Assembly (NCBI RefSeq): GCF_006345805.1
Contig: NC_043005.1
Span: 56,854,001-56,918,000, forward strand
Source: Octopus sinensis
Lineage: Eukaryota
DNA: 64,000 nucleotides
Direction of reading: 5' to 3'
Every line of letters starts with the position of its first letter. The first letter of the stretch is position 1. The position numbers and the translations under genes are program-made. Of the stretch, positions 9,882-22,565 are shown piece by piece. Under the pieces are notes generated by a model, which saw only the letters and a program-made list of their open reading frames with translations, was not told the origin of the DNA and did no database searches.

Positions 9882-10845
9882 TGCCGGTGACACGTAAAAG
9901 CACCATCCGTTCGTGGCCGTTTGCCAGCTCTGTCTGGCCCCCGTGCCGGTGACACGTAAAAGCACCATCCGCTCGTGGCCGTTTGCCAACCCTGTCTGGC
10001 CCCCGTGTCGGTGGCATGTAAAAGCACCATCCGTTCGTGTCCGTTGCCAGCCTCGCCTGGCCCCCGTGCCGGTGACATGTAAAAGCACCATCCGTTTCGT
10101 GGCACGTAAAAGCACCATCCGTTCGTGTCCATTGCCAGCCTCGCCTGGCCCCCGTGCCGGTGACATGTAAAAGCACCATCCGTTCGTGTCCATTGCCAGC
10201 CTCGCCTGGCCCCCGTGCTAGTGACACATAAAAGCACCATCCGTTCATGGCCGTTTGCCAGCTCTGTCTGGCACCTGTGCGGGTGGCACGTAAAAAGCAC
10301 CCACTACACTCACGGAGTGGTTGGCATTAGGAAGGGCATCCAGCCGTAGAAACACTGCCAGATCTGACTGGGCCTGATGAAGCCTTCCAGCTTCATCATC
10401 ATCATCAATGTTCGACCGTGGTCGAGACAATGGAATTTACTATGTTACGCCAGACTTCACGGTCCATCATAGCATTACGGAGGTCCTGTTGCTGGATGCC
10501 TGTATCCCTGGAGATTACATCAGGGTAGGAGAGTGTGCGCCCTCTGGTGTTGCGAGTAGATGGCTTCCAGAGGAGAAGAGTAGAAATTACTTCTTTTTCA
10601 GCTCTACAACAATGTCCAGCAAACTGGACTCTCCTACCTTTCACAAGAGATGACACAGGTGGTAATTTCCCATATATTTGCATTTTGGTTGGATGGCGCC
10701 TCCACGAGAGATTTTGAGCTCTCATAAGGAGGCGAGTGTAGGTTCCATCCAACTGCCTCTCAAGCTTCACAGACCCCAGTTGAACCGTCCAACCCATGCT
10801 AGCATGGAGAACGGATGCTAAATGATGATGATGATGATGATGATG
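9882..10845 (+). mobile_element. RTE LINE 3' UTR with an expanded ~61-bp tandem array, interrupted by a nested LINE
   Basis: About seven units of gtgccggtgacacgtaaaagcaccatccg..., then the family tail gttggcattaggaagggcatccagccgtagaaac, ending in (GAT)n. Confidence 0.85.
10396..10762 (-). mobile_element. 5'-truncated LINE of a second RTE-clade family
   Basis: LDGTYTRLLMRAQNLSWRRHPT...RRVQFAGHCCR...MMDREVWR, a (GAT)n tail and a flanking agcttca duplication. Confidence 0.85.
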
Positions 10846-10880
10846 TATGTATGTATGTATGTATGTATGTATGTATGTAT

Positions 10881-11178
10881 TCTCTTTACTCTTTTGCCGA
10901 ACTGCTAAGTTATGAGGACATAAACACACCAGCATCGGTTGTCAAGCGATGTTGGGGGTACAAACACAGACACACAAACATATACACACACACATACATA
11001 TATACACATATACAACAGACTTCTTTCAGTTTCCGTCTACCAAATCCACTCACAAGGCTTTGGTCGGCTGAGGCTATAGAAGAAGACACTTGCCCAAGGT
11101 GCCACGCAGTGGGACTGAACCTGGAACCATGTGGTTCGTAAGCAAGCTACTTACCACACCTATACAGCCACTCCTACA
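10881..11178 (-). mobile_element. CORE-like octopus SINE
   Basis: Reverse-complement match to 5935-6350. Confidence 0.85.
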
Positions 11179-11196
11179 CCTATATATATATATATA

Positions 11197-11389
11197 TGAA
11201 CAAGCAAGAAAACAACAATGTGAGGACGTGGAATAAGTACAGTGTTATTGGACGCTCAGGAAAGGAAAGAAAAGAAAGAGGATTTAACGTTTTGAGCAGA
11301 GCTCTTTGTCAGAAATATAGAAAAAGTCCAAAGAAGGGAAGACGGAGAAAGAAAATCGCCAACAATACACACACAACACATATATACAT

Positions 11390-11420
<31 letters not shown>

Positions 11421-11830
11421 CATACACAACACATATACATACATACACATATATACATACACAAACACACACAGACACATACATACATACATATACTTTA
11501 TTCGTGGTGTTAACCAGATTACCATTGATCTCATGTCGGGAGAAATATCTTTCAACAGTTATTCGGGTCTGTACCTTGGGACATTGGTGTTTGTCTCTAT
11601 CTTGGATATAAACACAAAACAATAGAATTATGTGAGGTCTCATGTGACAAAAGCTCTTGTGAGCTTATCATTATCATTTAATTGACACCTCTTGTGCTTA
11701 AGTGTCTGTCGAGACCATACAATGGAGGCATGCGTTTGCATATCATCATCTCTATTCCTTTCCTATTCAATTATATCCTGAGCTTGTTGCTGATGCTTTG
11801 TGAGAGTCTTCCGACTCTGTTGCCCCACTG
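11197..11830 (-). mobile_element. Penelope-like element 3' end (degenerate GIY-YIG plus 3' terminal region)
   Basis: Decayed GIY-YIG segments (GNRVGRLSQSISNKLRI; TRITVERYF...) and a terminal ctgacaaagagctctgctcaaaacgtt motif typical of PLE ends. Split by a microsatellite. Confidence 0.6.
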
Positions 11831-11862
11831 AAATTCCTTACACACATGCATACACACACGTA

Positions 11863-12254
11863 GGCCCAGGAGTGTCTGTGTGGTAAGTAGCTTGCTAACC
11901 AACCACATGGTTCCGGGTTCAGTCCCACTGTGTGGCATCTTGGGCAAGTGTCTTCTGCTATAGCCCCGGACCAACCAATGCTTTGTGAGTGGATTTGGTA
12001 GACGGAAACTGAAAGAAGCCTGTCGTATATATGTATGTATATATATGTTTGTTTGTGTGTCTGTGTTTGTCCCCCTAGCATTGCTTGACAATCGATGCCG
12101 GTGTGTTTATGTCCCCGTCACTTAGCGGTTCGGCAAAAAGCGACCGATAGAATAAGTACTGGGCTGACAAAGAATAGGTCCCGGGGTCGAGTTGCTCGAC
12201 TTAAGGCGGTGCTCCAGCATGGCCGCAGTCAAATGACTGAAACAAGTAAAAGAG
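11863..12254 (+). mobile_element. Full-length CORE-like octopus SINE
   Basis: High similarity to 5935-6350. Confidence 0.9.
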
Positions 12255-12289
12255 TATTCACAACCACACATACACAAACATACACACAC

Positions 12290-12625
12290 TTATCATCATC
12301 ATCATCATCATCATTTAATGTCCGCTTTCCATGCTAGTATGGGTTTGACGATTTGCCTGAGGGCTGGCGAACCAGATGGCTGCACCAGACTCCAATCTTG
12401 ATCTGGCAGGGTTTCTACAGCTGGATGCCCTTCCTAACGCCAACCATTCCGAGAGTGTAGTGGGTGCTTTTACGTCCCACCAGCACGGGGGCCAGTCAGG
12501 TGGTACTGGCAATGACCTCGCTCGAATGTTTTTACACATGCCACCAGTACAAGTGCCAGTAAGGCAATGCTGGTAACGATCATGCTTGAATGGTGCCTTT
12601 TAAGTGCCACCGGCATGAAAGTCAG
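12290..12625 (-). mobile_element. RTE LINE 3' UTR/tail fragment
   Basis: (CAT)n followed by gtccgctttccatgctag...ggatgcccttcctaacgccaacc, as in the 3' end of the young RTE. Confidence 0.85.
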
Positions 12626-12984
12626 TTAGCCGGAGCAACATACATACGCGAAGAAAGGGAGAGAGTGTGGTAGGTATATATAGAGAGGGAGAAAGTTTAC
12701 TATGAGAAAAGCATAAAAGACAAAGAAAGACAGAAAGACGATATCTTTTCTGCTGCTGTCACAGATTTTGTCAACTACGAGTCCACAACATTTTATAATG
12801 GAAATAGTTATAAGCTAATAAAGTTCACAAAGTAACTGTTTATTCATTTGTCAGCTCATTTTCCCTATATGTATGTGCACGCGCATACACACACACAAAT
12901 ACATATCTATTATGAGCAGAAAGCATGATGAAGATATGAATTTGATATTTCTTTGTTTCATCTGTTACATATGTTTCAGTGTTT

Positions 12985-13218
12985 GGCGAGCTGGCAGAAA
13001 AGTTAGCACGCCGGGCGAAATGCATAGCCCGTATTTCGCCTGCCATTACGTTCTGAGTTCAAATTCTGCCGGGGTCGACTTTGCATTTCATCCTTTCGGG
13101 GGGTCAATAAATTAAGTACCAGTTACGCACTGGGGTCATTGTAATCGACTTAATCCGTTTGTCTGTCCTTGTTTGTCCCCTCTGTGTTTAGACCCTTGTG
13201 GGTAGTAAAGAAATAGGT
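12985..13218 (+). mobile_element. tRNA-derived SINE with a Nin/Deu-like central domain
   Basis: Head ggcgagctggcagaa...gagttcaaattc and core tttcatcctttcggggg...aaattaagtaccag. Further copies at 19335 and 44297. Confidence 0.8.
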
Positions 13219-13661
13219 AATTGACGATATCATATTATAAATGTTATTTATAAATGCAATTTGCAAAGAACACTTACTCATACCAAACACATCCTCAGAC
13301 AGTGCTGAAACTTATCTGAAGACAGGTTCAGTATGATAAAATGCCCTTTGTAAGTTGAATTTATAAATCACTTAATAATTATCAAACACAGAAATATTAT
13401 GTAACAGAGGAAATAAAAGAATACCAAATCTATGCTTCATGTTCTATCTTTTAGCTTTTACTTGTTTTAGCCATTAAATTGTGGCCATGCTAGGGCATGA
13501 AGAATGTTTAGTTAGATGAATCGCCCCTAGCAGTTTTTCTTTTAAGCTTTGTACTTATTCTATCAGTTTGTTTTACTGAATTGCTAAGTTATGGGGATGT
13601 AAGCACACCAACACCAGTTGTCATGTGGTGGTGAGGGACAAAAATACAGACAAGACACACA

Positions 13662-14045
13662 CATCATCATCATCATCATTTAACATCCATTTTCCATGCT
13701 AGCATGGGTTGGACGGTTCAACTGGGGTCTGGTAAGCCATGGAGGCTGCACTAGGCTCCAGTCTGATTTGGCAGTGTTTCTACAGCTGGATGCCCTTCCT
13801 AACGCCAACCACTCTGTGAGTGTAGTGGTTGTTTTTTACGTGCCACCGGCACAGGGGCCAGAGGAGGCTGGCAAACAGCCACGATCGGTTGGTGCTTTTA
13901 CGTGTCACCGACACGGATGCCAGTCAGGCGGCACTGGCATCTGCCACATTCAGACGGTGCTTTTTACGTGTCACCGGCACAGGTGTCTTAACTACAATTT
14001 CCATTTGATGTTGGTGTTGATGTACTTGACTCAATAGGTCTCCTC
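13662..14045 (-). mobile_element. RTE LINE 3' UTR/tail fragment
   Basis: Same tail motif and (CAT)n end as the young RTE. Confidence 0.85.
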
Positions 14046-14046
14046 A

Positions 14047-14081
<35 letters not shown>

Positions 14082-14141
14082 ATGTATGTATGTATGTATG
14101 TATGTATGTATGTATGTATGTATGTATGTATGTATGTATGT

Positions 14142-17100
14142 ATCATCATCATCGTTTAACGTCCGTTCTCCATGCTAGCATGGGTTGGACGGTTCGACCG
14201 GGGATCTGGGAAGCCAGAAGGCTGCACCAGGCTCCAGTCTTATCTGGCAGTGTTTCTACAGCTGGATGCCCTTCCTAACGCCAACCACTCCGTGAGTGTA
14301 GTGGGTGCTTTTTACGTGCCACCTGCACAGGTGCCAGGTGAGGCTGGCAACGGCCACGGTCGGATTGGTGTATTTTATGTGCCACCGGCACGGAAGCCAG
14401 ACGAGGCGGTGCTGGCATCGGCCACGAGTCGGATGGTGCTTTTTACGTACCACCAGACCAGGGATCCTGGCTGGTTCAATTCGATTTCGCTTGCCCAAAC
14501 ATGTCTTCGCAAGCAAGGGGGTTGGCATGGGTGCCTGTTGTACGGTCAGATTGGTGTATTTTACGTGCCACCGGCACAGAAGCCAGTGGAGGCGGCGCTG
14601 GCATCAGCCACGAGTCGGATAGTGCTTTTTACGTACCACCAGACCAGGGATCCTGGCTGGTTCAATTCGATTTTGACTTCGATTTTGATTTCGCTTGCCC
14701 CAACATGTCTTGCCTGTCGTCGGATGAGGTTCTATATCGACTTCGCTTGCCTCAACAGGTCTTTGTGTCCAAGGGAGGAAAGGCATTCATAAGTGGGCTG
14801 GGCTCACTTGTCCTGCCTAGTCTTCTCACGTACAGAATATTTCCAAAGGTCTCGGTCGCTGGTCATTTCCTCAGTGAGGCCTAAAGTTCGAAGGTCGTGC
14901 TTCACCACCTCGTCCCAGGTTTTCCTGGGTCTACCTCTTCCACGTGTTCCCTCAACTGCTAAGGATTGGCACTTTCTCACACACCTATCTTCATCCATTC
15001 TCGCCACATGACCATACCAGCGCAATCGTCTCTCTTGCACACCACAACTGATGCCTCTTAGGTACAACATTTCTCTCAAGGTGCTAACGCTGTCGAGTAT
15101 GTACACTGACATTACACATCCATCGGAGCATACTGGCTTCATTCCTCACGAGCTTACGCATGTCCTCGGCAGTCACGGCCCATGTTTCACTGCCATGTAG
15201 CATGGCTGTTCGTACACACGCATCATACAGTCTGCCTTTTACTCTGAGTGAGAGGCCTTTAGTCACCAGCAGAGGTAAGAGCTCCCTAAACTTTGCCCAG
15301 GCTATTCTTATTCTAGCAGTTACACTTTCAGCGCACCCACCCCCACTACTGACTTGGTCACCTAGATAACGGAAGCTATCAACTACTTCTAGTTTTTCCC
15401 CTTGGAAAGTGACTGAAGTTATTTTCTGCAGATTTTCGGAGGTTAATGCTCCTGAGCATCTGCCACATACAAAATCTATCTTCCCAGTTAGCCTACCTTT
15501 GACATTGCTGCACCTCTTATGTGTCCATAGCTTACACTGGGTACATCTTATAGAGTTTCTACCTACACCTTTTCTACAGATCGAGCAGGGCCATCTTCCT
15601 GAAGACATTTGTGGATTGTCTACCTTCCTACTTATTAGTACTTTGGTTTTAGCTAGGTTGACTCTAAGGCCCCTCGATTCTAAACCCTCCTTCCACACCT
15701 GGAACTTCTCCTCCAGCTCTGATAGTGACTCAGCAATAAGAGCAAGGTCGTCAGCGTAGAGGAGCTCCCAGGGACAACCTGTCTTGAATTCCTCCGTAAT
15801 TGCCTGTAGGACTATGATAAATAGGAGGGGGGCTGAGTACTGAACCCTGGTGGACCCCAACCTCTACTTTGAATTCTTCTGTGTACATGTTGCTAACCCT
15901 AACCTTACTTACGGCATCTCTGTACATGGCTTGCACAGTCCTCACCAGCCATTCATCTATCCCTAGTTTCCTCATTGACCACCAGATAAGGGATCGGGGG
16001 ACCCTATCAAAAGCTTTCTCCATGTCAACAAAAGCCAGGTACAGGGGCTTATCTTTGGCTAGGTATTTCTCCTGCAGCTGCCTTACCAGGAATATAGCAT
16101 CCGTGGTACTTTTCCCTTGCACGAACCCAAACTGCATCTCATCTAAACTAACTCTCTCTCTAATTAGTTGGGCTATGACCCTCTCCGTAACCTTCATTAC
16201 TTGATCCAACAGCTTGATACCTCTGTAATTATTTGTATCTAGGGCATCACCTTTACCTGTGTAGCAGTTGACTAGTATGCTGCTACACCAGTCATTGGGT
16301 ATGACTCCTTCGTGTATCACCTGGTTGACTATACGGGTGACTAGGTTATAGCCGACACTGCCAGATATTTTGAGCATCTCTGCAGTAATTCCTGATGGGC
16401 CTGGGGCTTTCCCTGTCTTCATGCTTCTAATTGCCTTAGCTACCACGGAACTATCAACTCGGATAGCTGGTCCCTCTGTTGGGTCAACATTCGGCAGACT
16501 CTCTTTATCCCATTCATTTTCTTTATTCAGCAACCTTTCAAAGTGGCATCTCCAAACCTCTCTCTTTGCATCCTCATTTAGCGCAAGTGAACCATCATCC
16601 ATGCGAACACACTTCTCTCCTACCACATCACGATTCTCTCTCACACACTGTCTTGCAACACGAAATACCTCAAGTCTTTCATCCTCACGGCTCAGAACAT
16701 TGGCAAATTTTTTCTTATCCGCTTCCCCTCTGGCTAAGTAAACCTGTCTCCTAGCTTCCCTTCTGGCTGTCTGATACAATTCCCTGCTACCACCATTCCT
16801 CCAGTCCTTCAAAGCCTGTCTCTTTTGTCTAATAGCCCTGTCAACCACAGAGTTCCACCACCATGTTACTCTGGGTCGAGATGGTACTTTGCTCCATCCA
16901 CAGATCTGGTCAGTGGCTGTCAGCAGATTGTCCCGTAGAAATCTCCAGTTGCCTTCCACATTAAGTGAAGCTATATCCCCTTCTATTTCGTCAAAGGCTT
17001 CGAGTAGTATGTCTCTAAATCTCTGTCCATTTGCAGGATCTTTAAGCTTCCAGACCCTTCTCCTCCAAGCAGGTCTTCTTCTGGGCAACCATTTAGCTCT

Positions 17101-17782
17101 GATCCTTAAGTCGCTAACTACTAATCTATGTTGAGGAGTACATTCTTCACCTGGAAAGGTTTTGGCATTTATAAGCAGCCCTCTTTCCCTTTTTCTGGCA
17201 AGGATGTAGTCAATCTGGCTGGTGTGTCGCCAGAACGGTAGGTGACTAGGTGAGAGGTGGGTTTCCTGAAGTTGGTATTGCAGACCATAAGGTCATTTGC
17301 ATCGCAGAACTCCAGCAGCCTGGTTCCCTCCTCATTTCGAGAGCCAAAACCGTAGCCTCCATGGACGCCATGGAAGCCCCCGACATGTCCATTGAAATCA
17401 CCTGCCACGAAGAGAAGGTCACTGTCATTTGTCAACGAGGTAGTCCGCAATAGGGTGTCATAGAATTGGTCTTTTTGTCCCTCTGGTAGTCCTGGTTGAG
17501 GGGCATATGCCGAGATGATGGTAGCTGTCCTGTGGTGAAGGACTAATCTAATTTTAATTACTCTGTCACTTACTCTGACTACCTCGATTACCTTACCCAC
17601 CCATTTCTCTGCAAGAAGTATACCCACGCCCCTGACCCCGTCAGTGTTCCCTGCCCAGAAAATCTTGTACCTGTGTTCCTTGCCTGTGAGGAGCCTAGCG
17701 GAACCTCCTCTCCACCTTACTTCCTGGATACAACATACATCCACACGTCTCCGTTCAAGCAGCTCTACAATCTCTCCAGACG
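14142..17782 (-). mobile_element. Young, near-full-length RTE-clade LINE (APE endonuclease plus reverse transcriptase)
   Basis: Endonuclease motifs [16 protein letters not shown] and GDFNGHVG; RT motifs MQFGF, FVDMEKAFDRVP, HQGSVLSP and LLYADD; C-terminal RLRWYGHVARM...RGRPRKTW. About 660-bp 3' UTR and (GAT)n tail. Three frameshifts, at ~17230, ~15830 and ~15090. Confidence 0.95.
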
Positions 17783-17839
17783 TGTGGGGGGGGATGGATG
17801 GATGGATGGATGGATGGATGGATGGATGGATGGATGGAT

Positions 17840-17888
<49 letters not shown>

Positions 17889-18262
17889 CACACACACACA
17901 CACATATGCATTCTTTCCATTTCCATCTACCAAATCCAATCACAAGGCTTTGACTATCAGCCCAAGACTATAGCAGAAGACATTTGCCCAAAGTACCATG
18001 CATTTGGACTGAACCCACAACCATGTGATTGGGAAGCAAACTTCTCACCACACAACCACACAAAGTTTTTCTCTCATTATAGATGCAATCTTTCTATCAC
18101 ATTATAGCGCTATACATGACACACAACCCTATTGGATCACAGAGCAGAGGGAGTTTGACAGGAATACTATTTGAAGCTGCAACCAAAACAGTCATTTTAT
18201 CATGCACCTAATTTATCTGTTTCCACTTGTATACATACTCATATATATACATACATATATAT

Positions 18263-18293
<31 letters not shown>

Positions 18294-18732
18294 CACACAC
18301 ACACATACACTCACATGTGTATGTATTTATATATATAATGTGTGTTATATGTCTGTATAGTTCTGCATGATGAAAATCCCTTTTCCTTTTACATGTGTTT
18401 ATAAAAAGATAACTATATTCCACTTTTAGTTCTTATGCAATAGTTTACTGGCTTTTTTATCTTTCTCTTCTTTTTAACAAATGTCTTTATGTGTGAATTA
18501 GATCACTAATGTTTGTAAGGTTCATTTTACCATTATCAGTACCCTTTCGGTCTTTTCGGGGTGAAACCATTTGTACTGACATGTGATTTTGGTTGGGTAT
18601 TTTCTTTTTCTTTTTGGTGGGTGGAAGTTCCTAATTTTAGCAAACCTCAGGAACACCTGTTTTGTTTTTATTTCATTATCTTATTTTGCTTTTACATTTC
18701 ACTATTAATTAGTCAAAGAAGGAGAATCATAC

Positions 18733-18810
18733 CTATGATCTTTGTCTGCATTCCCAGTCTGGTGAGAATTAAGTGGTTGTTGTTTAGTTTGGCTCTCTTT
18801 TGATGTATGC
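18733..18810 (-). other. Candidate 5' UTR exon (78 bp) of the AT-hook gene
   Basis: Acceptor ttttcctgtag| and donor atag|gtatga in unique sequence. Confidence 0.4.
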
Positions 18811-19334
18811 CTACAGGAAAATTGTAAGCAAGATTGACTTCCAGAAAGCTGTGCAGACCTTGCAAAGAAACGATAGAGAAATGGTATTGGATGGGTCGGA
18901 AAGCTGGGACACAACAGCGATGATGAGAGGAAGAAAGGCACAAGTAGCATATAGTTTACTAATTCAGACTACCAACAGTCATTATAGTAGGGTTAGCAGA
19001 GCACATCAGTGAGTTAGTGATTGTAGTGTGTTGGGGAGTGAATGCTTGCTAACCAACAGTATAGCCTTTGCATTTTGTAGGGAGAAGATCACTGATTTTA
19101 AATCCTCTACTTCCATAAAATACGTGACATAACATCAAGCAACTCTTAATAGTATTCTTATTAAACTCCCTCTGCTGTGTGAGCCAAAAAGGTTCTGTGT
19201 GACCTGTAATACAAAGATCACATATATTATGAGAGAAAAACATTAACCATGGGTTTGGGGTTCCTTTATTTCATCTGTTACATAATGTTTCTGTGTTTGG
19301 TAATTGATGACGTTATATTACATGTTTTATATAA

Positions 19335-19566
19335 GGCAGCGAGCTGGCAGAATCATTAGCACGCCGTGCAAAATGCTTTGTGGTATTTCGTCTGCTGCTG
19401 CATTCTGAGTTCAAATTCCAACGAGGTCGACTTTGCCTTTCATCCTTTCGGGGTCGATAAATTAAGTACCAGATACGCACTGGGGTTGAAGTAATCGACT
19501 TAATCCGTTTGTCTGTCGTTGTTTGTCCCCTCTGTGTTTAGCTCCTTGTGGGTAGTAAAGAAATAT
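19335..19566 (+). mobile_element. Nin/Deu-like SINE
   Basis: Matches 12985-13218. Confidence 0.85.
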
Positions 19567-19969
19567 ATATTACATGTTTTATACATGCAATTCACAGAGA
19601 TGTCATTGTTTCTGTATGTAGTTAGTACTTGGTCATTCTTCTTGCTTGTAAAAAGCTTTTTGTTGCCATGACATATGTGAAGTTAGGTAGATGTTAGGAA
19701 AAAATATAATGAAGTATTCAATGTATCACAGCTATATATTATTAACCAATGTAGTTAGGCAATAGCAAGAGTGGAAAATACTGATTGCTAGTCTTAGTCA
19801 TGTCAGTGTTGATCACTATTTGGTTTGGATTCTCTGACACCAGGCTCTGCATTAGTTGGGGACACTCTTATGATATGGCACAATCACAGGACCAAAATAC
19901 AGACAAGCATATCTGTTCCTCTATTATGCTCTTATGGCATTTCATAGCATCAACAACTGGAATTCATTA

Positions 19970-21060
19970 TCATCATCATCATTTAATGCCTGTTTTCCAT
20001 GCTGGCATGGGTTGGAAGATTTGACTGAAAAATAGTAAGCTGGGGAGCTGCACCAGGTTCCAATCTGATTTGGCATGGTTTCTATGGCTAGATGACCTCC
20101 CTAATGCCAACCACTCCAAGTGTGTAGTGGGTGCGTTTTACATGCTACCGGCACGGGCACCAGTTATGCAATACCAGCATCAGACATGACTATGACTTCA
20201 CTTGGTTTGACAGGTCTTCTCCAGCACAGTAAATCACCAAAGGTCTCAGCCACCTGTTACTGCCTCCATGAGGCTTAACATTCAAACAGTGCTTTTTGTG
20301 TGTTACCGGCAGATTACTAGATTAACTCTAAAGCCCTTTGATTCTAGACCTTGCTTCCACATCTGAAATTTCTTCTCCAGTTCTGGTAGTGATTTGGCTA
20401 TAAGAACAAGGTCATCAGCATAGAGGAGCTCCTAGTGGCAGCCGTCGTAAAATCCTGTTATTGTCCAGAGGACTATGATAAACAAGAGGGAGCTGAGGAC
20501 TGGTCATTGGTGAACCCCTACTTGTACCCTGAATTCATCGCTATACTCATTGCTAACTTTCACTTATGGCTTGTACAGTTTTCACCAACCACTCATCTAT
20601 TTCTAGATTCCGCATTGATCACCAGATAAAGAAGCAGGGACTCTGTCAAAGGTTTTCTCCAGGTCAACAAAAACCAGGTACAATGGCTAGATATTTCTCT
20701 TGCAGTTGTCTAGCCAGGAATATAGCATCAGTCATGCACCTGCCTGGCACAAATCCAAACTGCATCTCAACTATGCTAACTCTCTTCCTAATTAAGTGAG
20801 CTATGACCCTTTCTGTGACTTCAAACACTTGATCCAGCAAGCAGTTGACTATAATGCTGCTATACCAATCACTGGGTATGACTCCCTAGTGGACAACCTG
20901 ATTAACTATATGGGTGACTAGGCTCCATCAGATATTTTAAGCATCTCAATGGTGATTCTTGATGGGCTGGGGGCTTTTCTTGTCTTCATATTCTTAATTG
21001 CTTTATCTACTAAGCTACTGTCAATTCGGATAGCTGGTCCTTCAGTTGGGACTCTCTTCC
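19970..21060 (-). mobile_element. Old, internally deleted RTE LINE
   Basis: Decayed RT segments homologous to 14142-17782, plus the 3' tail. Confidence 0.85.
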
Positions 21061-21337
21061 CATTGTGGTTGCTATTTAATTAATTGTTGATTTTCCATGT
21101 TGTCACTGCTTGAATAAATTAGTGATGGTGTTGACATTACTTGATGAAATTATGACTGGTTGCGCCATGCTTTCGAAGAATTGAGTGTGGAATAAAGAAA
21201 GCTCTAACTTGGAAACAGGTAAGACAAGAAATACATCGACTGTGAAATCTTAACTAAAAATAATCACCCATTTGACCCCTGCAAGCATGGAAAGATGGAC
21301 ATTAAAACAAAAAAATAAATAAATAAAATGGTCAAAT

Positions 21338-21557
21338 CATCATCATCATCGTTTAACATCTGCTTTCCATGCTAGCATGGGTTGGACGATTTGACTGAGG
21401 GGTGGCGAACCAGATGGCTGCACCAGGCTCCAATCTTGATCTGGCAGAGTTTCTACAGCTGGATGCCCTTCATAACGCCGAGAGTGTAGTGGGTGCTTTT
21501 ACGTGCCACCAGCACGGGGGCCAGTCAGGTGGTACTGGCAACGACCTTGCTCGAATA
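21338..21557 (-). mobile_element. RTE LINE 3' tail fragment
   Basis: Family tail motif and (CAT)n. Confidence 0.8.
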
Positions 21558-21587
21558 TGTTAGTTTATGTGTGGAAACACCACTTAC

Positions 21588-21664
21588 CCAGATATACTCT
21601 AAAGCAAGTCTTACTTCAGCTTTATATAAAGTTTAGTAAGTGATCAGAGCTGCTGGAGTACTCT
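21588..21664 (-). other. Candidate 5' UTR exon (77 bp; alternative donor at 21615)
   Basis: Strong acceptor cttcttttatttcag| and donors gg|gtaagt and aa|gtaaga. Stops in all three frames. Confidence 0.4.
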
Positions 21665-22565
21665 CTGAAATAAAAGAAGCCTAGTTTCTAAGACAGAGTT
21701 TTGCTCTCATCATGATAGATCATATGAGATTGCGAAACCTATTATCTATATATCCTGCCTTGAAAGGTAGTAGTTGTGTTTTATTCATAAGTAGAAAGAG
21801 AGAACTACATGACTGCTTCTTTGTTGTGTGTAGTGACTGTGCCTTCATGTTGTTGAAAAAAAGACTAACTTAGATTATCACATTACTAAAATATTTTGGC
21901 AAATTAAATTTAATTGTTGAAGTGAATCTAACGGTTTTTGTTTGTTTCTTAAATGGCTTATAACACCTTCCACGCTGCAATTGTTTTCGTTCCAGCACAC
22001 GATCTCAGATCAGGTCACTTGCTATGCAAGTACATCTCTGTAAATGTTTTTGAAGTTTGATTTAATGGATGTTGAATGACTGGTAGGATTGAAATTGGTT
22101 GCATGATGTTTCCCATACATAATCAAGTCCATTTTAGGCTTCTGACGAGACCATTTATTTATACAAAAATATTACAACGATAACAAAGGTTACTTGCTGG
22201 AGGCTGTATCTGATAACCAGGAGTGAGTTATATATGTAGGGTGTAAGCTAAGAATTAGATAGCTACATATTCGTGTTGTAAGAGGTGGGAAAATCGTAGA
22301 CAAACAATTCCTTTTAACCCAATCAAGCAGTAACCAAGAAGCTTACCTATTCAAGGACCTCTGTTGCCTCTACCTCTCCCTACTGATTGTGATACACATC
22401 TCAATTAATAGCCAAGTTTTGCAGGAAACTCATGGAAATTCCTGTTCTAAATTGTATGCTTCAATGATCACAGTTGAAATACCATTGGCTAACCATTAGG
22501 CCAAGATTACCTAATATGCTGTAGCCTATTTTCATTACTGAGCTAACATGGTGTTAAATCTAAAC

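Noticed and set aside
9882-10300. CRISPR-like repeat-spacer appearance
   Set aside because: The variable halves are homologous to each other, the array is contiguous with an RTE 3' tail, the context is eukaryotic and there are no cas genes.
11700-11830. Apparent host exon behind a ttcag acceptor
   Set aside because: It has stops in all frames and is better explained as the decayed GIY-YIG region of the Penelope-like element.
13278-13304. 27-bp micro-exon candidate on the minus strand with a GTAAGT donor
   Set aside because: It is too short to distinguish from chance and is not needed for the gene model.
21060-21200. Possible alternative start MAQPVIISSS... on the minus strand
   Set aside because: It hits a stop after 21 codons, has no clear phase-compatible link to the CDS and is cut by an RTE insertion.
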